A stretch of 64,000 bases of DNA, taken from the NCBI GenBank assembly GCA_963810275.1, contig CAWENF010000003.1, positions 64,001 to 128,000 on the forward strand, in the 5' to 3' direction. Origin of the DNA: an uncultured archaeon (GTDB lineage: Archaea; Thermoproteota; Bathyarchaeia; Bathyarchaeales; Bathycorpusculaceae). A program made the position numbers and the translations under genes. The notes under the pieces were generated by a model that saw only the letters and a list, made by a program, of their open reading frames with translations, made no database searches and had not been told where the DNA came from. Positions 11,131 through 18,773 of this stretch are shown piece by piece. How positions within the stretch are numbered: position 1 is the first letter of the stretch; each line of letters begins with the position of its first letter.

Positions 11131-11135
11131 AGAAA

Positions 11136-11168
11136 ATAGAGGGTATACACACTATCACTGGAAAAGGT
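11136..11168 (-). repeat. Boundary motif copy 4
   Basis: Minus strand ACCTTTTCCAGTGATAGTGTGTATACCCTCTAT. Confidence 0.8.
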
Positions 11169-11358
11169 GGTTATGGATTTTTCCTTTTCCCACCATTTTC
11201 ATATTCACAGAAGCATTTGAATTCTTCTGGACTTCTGATTATCCCTCTATCCATTAAATTTTGGTAATCTTCAAAGTCATAAATGAAACCACATCTTCTT
11301 ACATCTTAGAAGCATCTTAATTCTTACCACTGGCAACACCTAATAGAGAAAGAAATTA

Positions 11359-12775
11359 TCAGTTAGAGAATGGGTTAACTGAGAAGCTAACCCCATCTCC
11401 ATCGCTTGAAAGTTCCGACTGCTTAGTTTCCTTATGCGTTATCGGATAATACTTGAGTGCTACACCATCCTTCTCCTCTTTAAGCAATCCAGCACAAGCG
11501 AAATTCTTAAGCATACCACGTAAACGCTTGTCTGAACATCGTCTCTGCTTCTCATAAGAGTATATGTTATGTATTTCTTGAATCCTAAGCCCCGTACCTA
11601 AGTAGATTTCATTTTCGTTGAATGCTTTCTCGATTATTTTCCAGACTGCATATTCTTCAGGTGTCAAGCCTAAGCTGTTGCATTTTAGGATTGGTTCATA
11701 GACCTTTTTGGCATTTTCAATGTCAGATGAGTTAGCATAAATACATGAGTTGTCAGGTGTTCGGTCTCTATGTTGGAAGTTTAGTAAAGCCCAAGCTTCG
11801 GCAAGAGCATATAATCTAGGGAAATCACGTTGAGCTTTAGGTGCCAAGTTATCGATGTTTTTGAAGAACCAATCTTTCAAGTTCTCCATATCTTCAGCTT
11901 TAAACAGCACCTTCTTGATGTTTGCTTCCTTAATACGTTGTACCCGTTGCTTTAAGCCAACTCTTGAGGGTTCAGTTCTCATACCATTCGTTAAACTTGA
12001 GGTCAGTCATTTTTCTAGCTTGTAACTCAATGCCTTTTTTGATTTTGTCAGGATTATCACTTGGACTTAACAGATAGTTTCGGCTAACCTCTTGCTCATC
12101 CATTTCGCCAAATGCTGATGCAAACAGGGCAGTAAAGTATCCTTTAATCAGGACTTTTTTGGTTCGGTGGCTTCCATTCCCTGCCTTGTCTGTAACCAAG
12201 TAAGTGGATATCCTGTTTCCTGAGTTGTCATGACTTAACAGGCTTCTTATGTTCTTTAGCAGTTCATAGTTTGGCAAATCGTAGAAGACCACTATCTTCT
12301 TTGATAAATCAATGAAGTATGCTGTATGGCGTTTAAGGTCATTCCATTCTTCCCAAACTTCTTTTGGGTCGCCTTTCTTTGCACATTTGCTCATATCTAT
12401 TGGCTGTAGATTGCGGTCATCAACTGGAATAGCATTTGAACTGTAGATTAAGGCTCTAGGCGTTGAATCATTAATACCCACGATTGTATCAGAGTTAGGA
12501 TGTCGGAAGTACCATAAGCTTTCTGTTATGTTGAGGGTTTTGCCTACTGATGATTCTCCTGTTAAGACAACGTTTCTTTGTTCCTCTTCGGTGAATGTCA
12601 AGACGTTGACTAGGAATAGGGGTATCTTGACGTTTTCATCTTCATAGACTGTGGTGGATAATGCTCTGTTTAATTCGTCAAAGCCAATTTCATTGTTGAG
12701 GTATTGGTCGATTAGCTGTTGTCTTTCTCGAGTCTGGGCGTCATTATCAGTTGGATTCATCGTTTGCATCTCCAT
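11359..12775 (-). CDS. MCM-like AAA+ ATPase/putative replicative helicase with C-terminal winged helix (one frameshift near 11980)
   Basis: Walker A GESSVGKT, Walker B-like IVVFYD, arginine finger DEQEVSR, MCM-like RDFPRLYALAEAWALL and DIENA; removing one base joins EWYE to TEPSR. Confidence 0.7.
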
Positions 12776-12956
12776 TTTTTATGCAGTCTAACAACATTTG
12801 CTTATACTCACTGTACTGCTCCATCTGCGTTAACACGTCAACGTGGTAACACAAAGGGGAACAGTATTTTTGTGCAGGGCTAGCGGAAACAAAATTCATA
12901 CCGCAATTCCTGCATTCTTTTTTGGATTTAATTTTTTGCTTGCTCAATTTTATCAC
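12747..12956 (-). CDS. Small zinc-finger protein
   Basis: CRNCG...KYCSPLC; overlaps the ATPase start. Confidence 0.6.
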   Translation of the reverse strand: MIKLSKQKIKSKKECRNCGMNFVSASPAQKYCSPLCYHVDVLTQMEQYSEYKQMLLDCIKNGDANDESN

Positions 12957-13031
12957 AAAATATATATCCTCAAGGAAGTATAGATGGTATAAAGTTTATA
13001 CTTAGTATCAACATGTGTATCTTAGAGGCAA

Positions 13032-14001
13032 TGGAATGGATTAGACCAAAAGGAGAGAAGTCAAGACTATCAAGGAATTGAACGTCAATATTGCAGAGAA
13101 GACATTCTAATAACATTACTTGATGGCGATTTTGGATTCAATGAACTTGTCAGAAGATTTGAACATTCAACTGAAAAAATCAAGCAAGGAAAAAGAACCT
13201 ACAGCAGAGGTACAGTGTATAAATATCTTAGTGATTTAGTTGACGAAAATGAAAATTCAATATAGCGATAACAAGCTTGAATACGGAAAGTTGAGGACTG
13301 ACCTTATTCCTTAACTTCAGATGGACGAAAGGATTGACTGAAAAACTAACTTACCCCTTAGACATAATTCGCAGATGAATATGTTACACGTAAAATTCCG
13401 AGAATATATAAGTTCTAAAAAACCACCTTTGTATTTAACAGATGAAGGAAGGGAAGAAGCAAGAAAACAAGGATTATTTAATTCATTTAAAACAACTACC
13501 TTTTCCGCTTATAGAACGAGTTATTCTTAGCTACAAATACAAGGTTTTTGAAGCATCTTATTAGAATTTCAGACAAACCACCGATGAAAACATTCCGTTA
13601 TACTTCGCCTATAGGAAAAAACAAGGGAATTTAAACGAATTCCTATACTCATGGGTGAGTACATTCAAGATTCCTAAAAAAGAACTTACTAAAGCGGAAG
13701 AAAGAAGATTGCTTAAAATGAAGTTGCCACAGCAAATAAAAGAAAGACACTCGAATGGATAATTGAAAGTCATAGATGATGTACTGAGAGATTATAATAT
13801 TTTCAGATAGTGAGATTCTTGAGATGTGGTTGAGAACATGGTTTACTAATAGCTAATGATTCTGAGCCATTTAGAAGTGAAAAAACTGAGCATACTCAAG
13901 ACGAGATAGAGCAAATGAAACGCAAGATTAGAGAGCATATGATAATTAATGAGAATTTAGAAAACGGTATACTATCAAATGTTAAACATCTTTTCCCGTG
14001 A
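13032..14001 (+). pseudogene. Winged-helix DNA-binding protein, multiply frameshifted, divergent from the ATPase operon
   Basis: Hand translation gives GFNELVRR..YSRGTVYKYLSDLV, YSLTSDGRK, a second wing LYLTDEGREEARK, and terminal NVKHLFP* ending inside motif copy 5. Confidence 0.55.
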
Positions 14002-14020
14002 CAGGGTATACCCACCCTAT
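13988..14020 (+). repeat. Boundary motif copy 5
   Basis: ATCTTTTCCCGTGACAGGGTATACCCACCCTAT. Confidence 0.8.
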
Positions 14021-14023
14021 GGT

Positions 14024-14058
14024 ATCTTTTCCTGCGACATGGTGTACCCTCCCCCCAT
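14024..14058 (+). repeat. Boundary motif copy 6 (tandem with copy 5)
   Basis: ATCTTTTCCTGCGACATGGTGTACCCTCCCCCCAT. Confidence 0.75.
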
Positions 14059-14263
14059 CAACCTCTCCAAAAATGAAGCTAATATGCTTAACATCCACAG
14101 GCATATCTGAAAAAATTAAGCTATGGCATCCCATATAATCGTAAATGCCCCTGCTAACTAGCTGAGGGGAGTGGTTTTGATATCGCTATATATGTTAAAC
14201 TTCCCTAAGGCAAATAGAGACTGAAAAGCTTACCATGCCTACATTATAAAGAGTCATGATTAG

Positions 14264-14296
14264 ACCCTTTTCACGGGGTTGAGTGTACCTACCCTG
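14264..14296 (+). repeat. Boundary motif copy 7
   Basis: ACCCTTTTCACGGGGTTGAGTGTACCTACCCTG. Confidence 0.75.
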
Positions 14297-14346
14297 CGAA
14301 GTTTTTTATTTATTTTCATTGTATTAAACAATATCTTGGTGGTTCA

Positions 14347-15203
14347 ATGAGTTGGTTTTCTGAGCGAAAAGGGATAACAAAAGCTAAGAACAGAAATTCA
14401 ACTTGAGTCGATTGATAATTGCTTTGCAAAACCAACTCTGGAATCAGTTGGAACTTTTCTACTGGAAAGAAAATAACAGAAAATATTATACTAAAGATGG
14501 CTATTTTAGTGAGCTAATAGAATTCCTCTGGAACGATTTCTATAAGGAACCTATTGATGAGATTCCACATAAATGGAGCGATTGTCATCGTCTAATTAGA
14601 GAACGGTTTTTTGAAAGCCAATGGTATCGCAGTATACGACTTTACTTGAAGCAGTAGTTAAACTCAAAAGCTATGATACTATGGAATTTCAAAATGCATG
14701 TAACCTTATTCTGGAAAAGGGACTATCAGCTTATCGGTTTATAGATGGAAAGATAACTGAGATAACGTCTAAGGAAGAGATTTCCGAAATTGAAGAAGCA
14801 ATAAATTCTCCAATCGCAGTTGTCCAAACTCATCTGAAAAAAGGTTTAGATTTATTTTCTGATAAGCAGTCTCCCGATTACCTTAATTCAATAAAAGAAT
14901 CAATATCGGCCGTTGAAGGTCATTATGTAAATTGATAACTAAAAAATCAAAACGCAACATTAGGTGAAGCACTCAACGCTATAGAACGCCAAACTGGTGG
15001 AACTATCTTTCATCCAGCATTAACTGGAGCATTTCATAAATTATATGGTTATACAAATGATGCAGATGGAATAAGACATGGTCTTAAAAGATGAGTAAAG
15101 TAAACTGCAGGCTTCTGAAGAGGCGAAGTTTATGTTGGTTACTTGTTCAGCTTTTGTTAACTATCTTATCGCTAAAGCATCAAAGGCAGGCATCAAATTA
15201 TAG
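14347..15203 (+). CDS. AbiJ-NTD4-like abortive-infection family protein (several frameshifts)
   Basis: MSWFSERKG..., LQNQLWN, SAYRFIDGKITEITSKEEISEIEEA, PDYLNSIKESISAVE, KLYGYTNDADGIRHG and EEAKFMLVTCSAFVNYLI, spread over different frames. Confidence 0.7.
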
Positions 15204-15208
15204 TATAG

Positions 15209-15242
15209 ACCTTTTCACAGGGTAGGGTGTACATACCCCTAG
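15209..15242 (+). repeat. Boundary motif copy 8
   Basis: ACCTTTTCACAGGGTAGGGTGTACATACCCCTAG, 5 bp after the AbiJ-like stop codon. Confidence 0.8.
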
Positions 15243-15284
15243 CAATTTGATAAAATTATTAAATAAAGACTAGACATTAACCGA

Positions 15285-15851
15285 TTGATTGCAATGTGGA
15301 TAACACCGAAACATAGACATACAGACTTTCATGACCCATTAACGTTTGATGATAAAGTAACGATTTTTTATGAACAAACTCTAGGATGGCAGTTAGACAT
15401 AGCTGAGCAAGTAATCGATAACATAAACCATAGTGGATTTGGTGCTCTGTCAATTGCAGTAAGCTATTTTGAAATGATATCTAAATATCGAAGCGGTTTC
15501 TTAGGTAGGCAATCAAGGCATCATTTTAAACAAGGGGTACATATTGTCTTTCCAATACTTAGAATAGCACCGCAAGAGGTAATCGATAGCCTTCTCGACA
15601 TTTTTTATGATGGTTGTCGTTGTGGTCTATACCATAGAGGGCTTACTAACCCTCAAGTGATGCTTACGGGAGAATTAGAGACACCAATTGCTTACAATGA
15701 CTCAATTCATCAACTGATTATAAACCCTAGGAGACTGATTACTGCATTAGAGATGGATTTAGAGAATTACATTAGACTCCTACTAAATCCAACTAATGTT
15801 CAATTAAGAATTAACTTTGAACAACGTTTTGATTATGATTCTTCCCACTAA
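15285..15851 (+). CDS. HEPN-like protein (putative RNase toxin/defence effector)
   Basis: 188-aa helical protein with an Rx4H motif (RCGLYH). Confidence 0.55.
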   Translation: MIAMWITPKHRHTDFHDPLTFDDKVTIFYEQTLGWQLDIAEQVIDNINHSGFGALSIAVSYFEMISKYRSGFLGRQSRHHFKQGVHIVFPILRIAPQEVIDSLLDIFYDGCRCGLYHRGLTNPQVMLTGELETPIAYNDSIHQLIINPRRLITALEMDLENYIRLLLNPTNVQLRINFEQRFDYDSSH

Positions 15852-15885
15852 TAGGGGGTGTATACCCTCTACTATGGGAAAAGGT
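15851..15885 (-). repeat. Boundary motif copy 9 (inverted relative to copies 5-8)
   Basis: Minus strand ACCTTTTCCCATAGTAGAGGGTATACACCCCCTAT; shares a base with the TAA stop of the HEPN-like gene. Confidence 0.8.
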
Positions 15886-16136
15886 AGTTACCAATCATCA
15901 TCTAATTCTTCAGGGAATAAAGGGTCATCAAATAGAATTAAACCATCTCCTTGACTATCTTCAATTGAATTTCTTTCTAAGTTGCTTATCGGATTCTTCA
16001 TTATATGTGCTAGTTGATTGTCCAGCCGTTGACTAAGACTATGAAAGAATTTAATGCCAATCAATATGATGAGAGACTAAAAAGCCTAAGAGAAAAAAGA
16101 ATATGATGAAGGATAAAAAGTCAAACATCCAATCAC

Positions 16137-17057
16137 CTAACAGATAGGTTTTGGCTTGTTTAGGCAATATCCCCACTCAGTTTTTGTTACTAAGCTATAG
16201 CCGTCAGCAAGATATCTGGTTAGTTCTTCTTTGCTGTCTGCATAAACGACATTGTATTCGTTAGCTTTGACCCATGATTTCACAATATGGATATATCTCA
16301 ATGTGTTTGTAATGTTGCAATGCCTAGCAAATCTTTGTGTATCCACAATGTCTTTGGTTTTGAAGTACTGCCATGAAATCGCAAAATGTCTAAAGGTATG
16401 GAAGTGAATTCTTAGAAAATCCTGATTACCTGTTTCTTTGGCTAATCGTTTCTTATAATCACGGATGTTATCGTTTAGTGCTTCAGAAGTGAGTACTTCG
16501 GCAAAGATTCTTTGACCTTTCTTTGGAATTTGTAGAAGCATCGCAAATAATTCATCACTTATGTGATAAGTCAGAGTTCTATGACCTTTATTTCCAACAA
16601 TCATTATAGTTTTATTTTGAGCGTTGAAGTCTTTCCAAGTTAATCGCCAAACTTCACCTGCACTTGCACCAGTTTCAACAGCAACCTTGATTCTTGTTCT
16701 ACAATTCAAGTTACGAACACGATAAAGAAATTGCTTAACCATTTCAGGACTTGGAACATACATCTCTTCGTTATCATATGCTTTGAAGGGTGGTTTCTCG
16801 AAAGGAATACTTAGATACTCAGCATATTGTTCAACAACATCCAAAGCGTTCTCCTTTGTACCATCTTTCCATGCTTTTGACAGAACTTGATTAGCCATCT
16901 CTTGAGGAGAACCACTAAGTTGCTTGAGATAACGCATTTTTCGCTCTATAGTGCTTTCTCTATTCCCTTTCTTGTTCAGTAACCAAACTGCAAAAGATAC
17001 TGTTTGATTCACTAACGGGGGTTCTAGAGTGGTGGCGGGGGTGGGACTTGAACCCAC
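16137..17057 (-). CDS. int(C): tyrosine recombinase/integrase catalytic fragment
   Basis: ETGASAGE (Arg-I position is Ser), GNKGH, HTFRH, ARH and TLRY; ORF starts inside the att/tRNA T-arm. Confidence 0.9.
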   Translation of the reverse strand: MGSSPTPATTLEPPLVNQTVSFAVWLLNKKGNRESTIERKMRYLKQLSGSPQEMANQVLSKAWKDGTKENALDVVEQYAEYLSIPFEKPPFKAYDNEEMYVPSPEMVKQFLYRVRNLNCRTRIKVAVETGASAGEVWRLTWKDFNAQNKTIMIVGNKGHRTLTYHISDELFAMLLQIPKKGQRIFAEVLTSEALNDNIRDYKKRLAKETGNQDFLRIHFHTFRHFAISWQYFKTKDIVDTQRFARHCNITNTLRYIHIVKSWVKANEYNVVYADSKEELTRYLADGYSLVTKTEWGYCLNKPKPIC

Positions 17058-17060
17058 GAA
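17029..17060 (-). repeat. att site (tRNA-proximal copy)
   Basis: Identical 32-mer to 8668-8699. Confidence 0.95.
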
Positions 17061-17223
17061 GGCCTGCGCCAGAGGATCTTAAGTCCTCCTCCATATCTTA
17101 GGGGCAAATTGTTTTTATCTGGGATGAAGGCCTGCGCCAGAGGATCTTAAGTCCTCCTCCATATCTTAGGGGCAAATTGTTTTTATCTGGCCGCCTATTT
17201 AGACCTGGCTCGGATACCCCGCC
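17030..17223 (-). tRNA. tRNA-Leu(TAA) with D-arm intron (about position 22/23) and an internal 65-bp duplication
   Basis: Acceptor GGCGGGG/CCCCGCC-A-CCA; anticodon arm GAGGA-CTTAAGA-TCCTC; long variable arm; T arm GTGGG-TTCAAGT-CCCAC; intron 17161-17198 with a relaxed BHB (GTCT/AGAT central helix, AAA bulge, TAGG/CCTA). Confidence 0.9.
17058..17190. repeat. 65-bp perfect tandem duplication (17058-17122 and 17126-17190, separated by gat)
   Basis: gaaggcctgcgccagaggatcttaagtcctcctccatatcttaggggcaaattgtttttatctgg occurs twice. Confidence 0.95.
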
Positions 17224-17254
17224 ACCAGCAACCCAATAGAGTCAACAATGGACT

Positions 17255-17267
17255 GTTTAAGTTTTTT
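17255..17267 (-). promoter_or_regulatory. BRE/TATA-like promoter of tRNA-Leu
   Basis: Minus strand AAAAAACTTAAAC about 32-44 bp upstream of the mature 5' end. Confidence 0.5.
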
Positions 17268-17359
17268 GCATCGAACACCAGCCAACTTGAGAAGGACAAC
17301 GTGATGCGCCAGAAAAGTGGGAGAACAAGTCAGCCAAACAAAAGCCTCGCGCAGAGGTC

Positions 17360-17603
17360 AAGTTTAACGACTTAAAGGAATTTACATTTGGACGGTCTTT
17401 AGTCGCTCGATTTCTTTGTCTAAGTGCTCAACAGCGGCTAGCAGCCTCTTCTTTTTGCGCTCCATCAGCTCAACCAGTTCTTCTTTTGTGGGGGACGCAT
17501 CATCGCCATCTTCATACCCATGCCGCCGCCCATCCAGGGCATGTGGTGTGACATGTCATGAGCCGCCCCAAGGACCTTGGGCGCCCATTTTTTGCCAATC
17601 CAT
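17360..17603 (-). pseudogene. Small Gly/Met-rich plus coiled-coil protein (DUF5320-like), frameshifted; end coordinate approximate
   Basis: MDWQKMGAQGPWGG, HHMPWMGGGMGMKMAMM and TKEELVELMERKKKRLLAAVEHLDKEIERLK are not in one continuous frame. Confidence 0.4.
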
Positions 17604-17759
17604 AAAATTTCACCCCAGCCAAAAATCGTATAAAAGCGTTCATGTTCACTGCGGGTTCCGTTAACTTATCCTTATGTGACTACCCAAGGGAGTATACAGT
17701 GCTTTTTGTTGTTCCCTGTTACCAACACATGATTATATTTGATCATTGGGAGTATTGTA

Positions 17760-17914
17760 TTGCCGGTTGAGGAACACGCTTCACGGCATCATACGGGGAC
17801 TGATCTTCCGCAAACAAGTAAAGACCTGATCTGCGATGACTTCAAAGAAAAAGCTTTAAAATGAGCGAGAAGGCAGCCGATGAGTGTCAGTGGGGTTTAG
17901 ACTCAACCCGGCAA
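17760..17914 (+). ncRNA. Candidate structured small RNA (may encode a 34-aa peptide)
   Basis: Terminal inverted repeat TTGCCGGTTGAG/CTCAACCCGGCAA, an inner stem, upstream TTATAT and a downstream T tract. Confidence 0.4.
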
Positions 17915-18355
17915 CCCTCCCTTCTTTTTGCAAAATTTTTTCGGCTTGAAGCTGTTCTTTGCAGCTCAAATAATATTGGGCATCGTTGTGAAAAGTTGTC
18001 TTGTTCTATGATATATTGTAATGCCTGTAATTTTTTAATTTTAATAGTGTCTTAAGCGCGTATTTATCTTCTATATTTACCGACCTATACTCGGTTGTCA
18101 ATTGATGCATATTTTCTAAGCGGACCTATCAAGCCGCCACAATTACAGTAAAATGGTTTAATGCCGCATTTAAAAGAAAAACTTATTATCACACTTAAAT
18201 ATACGAAAGAAAGGCTGCAACCCCAAAACGGAGATTATAGCTTTTGACGCAATCTTTTGGTGCCGTTAAAAACGTCACGCCCAATAAGACAAAAAGTAAA
18301 ATGTCATCGCTCACCCGTCAGCAACCATAAAAACACCCAAAACCAAAACAATAGT

Positions 18356-18730
18356 ATGCCAAAAATACATTACACCCAACACAAAGTGAACGAAGTTTTA
18401 GAAAACCTAAACCCACAACAGCTGCAAACAGTTGAGAATCTACGGCAACTCATAAAAAACGCCTTGCCCGCAGCTGAGGAAACAGTACGACAAGGCAGAA
18501 TTACGTTTAGAACCCATGACAGAGACCTCGTCTGGTTTACAGTCACCAAAAGCCATGTGGATGTGGAGTTCGCCAGGGGCTCAAGCCTCAGCTCACCGCT
18601 TCTAAAAACAAGAGGCACCGCAGAGGAAAACCCGAATATACGCCATATCGAAGTAAACAACTTCACCGAAGTAAATTATGAACTTGATAGGCTTGTTCGA
18701 AAAGCGGAATCCGTGAGTTTTGAGCATTAA
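18356..18730 (+). CDS. DUF1801 (YdhG-like) domain protein
   Basis: 'LRQLIKNALPAAEETV' and 'HVDVEFARGSSL...RHIEV' match the family pattern; likely start MPKIH (ORF track starts at 18257). Confidence 0.65.
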   Translation: MPKIHYTQHKVNEVLENLNPQQLQTVENLRQLIKNALPAAEETVRQGRITFRTHDRDLVWFTVTKSHVDVEFARGSSLSSPLLKTRGTAEENPNIRHIEVNNFTEVNYELDRLVRKAESVSFEH

Positions 18731-18773
18731 CCAAAAACCTAAGTTACTCGCTTCTTCAACCAACAACTAAGCC

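Larger units (their letters stand above)
8668..17060. mobile_element. Integrated plasmid-like element (8361-bp circle if excised) in tRNA-Leu(TAA), with a split SSV1-type tyrosine integrase
   Basis: Perfect 32-bp direct repeats at both ends equal to the tRNA 3' end; integrase; AAA+ ATPase; visibly more AT-rich than the flanks; no recognisable capsid genes. Confidence 0.9.

Noticed and set aside
11183-11194. Additional boundary-motif copies (CCTTTTCCCACC at 11183; gggaaaaaggtg near 583)
   Set aside because: Only the left arm matches and there is no GTRTAC/CCCT arm; the match near 583 looks like a T-rich terminator.
9105-15885. Boundary motifs as a CRISPR array
   Set aside because: Copies are degenerate, in both orientations and separated by 3 bp to 2.8 kb containing genes; no cas genes in the window.
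9105-15885. Boundary motifs as canonical integron attC sites or ORB origin boxes
   Set aside because: No RYYYAAC...GTTRRRY ends and too short for attC. Only copy 4 has a partial TTCCAGTG ORB-like word, and there is no orc1/cdc6 nearby.
8668-17060. Element as a provirus
   Set aside because: No recognisable capsid, terminase, portal or packaging ATPase genes. A satellite or a virus with unrecognised structural proteins cannot be fully excluded.
17760-17914. RNase P RNA, SRP RNA or hammerhead ribozyme
   Set aside because: Too short for archaeal RNase P or SRP RNA and lacks their conserved cores; no CUGANGA/GAAA hammerhead arrangement.
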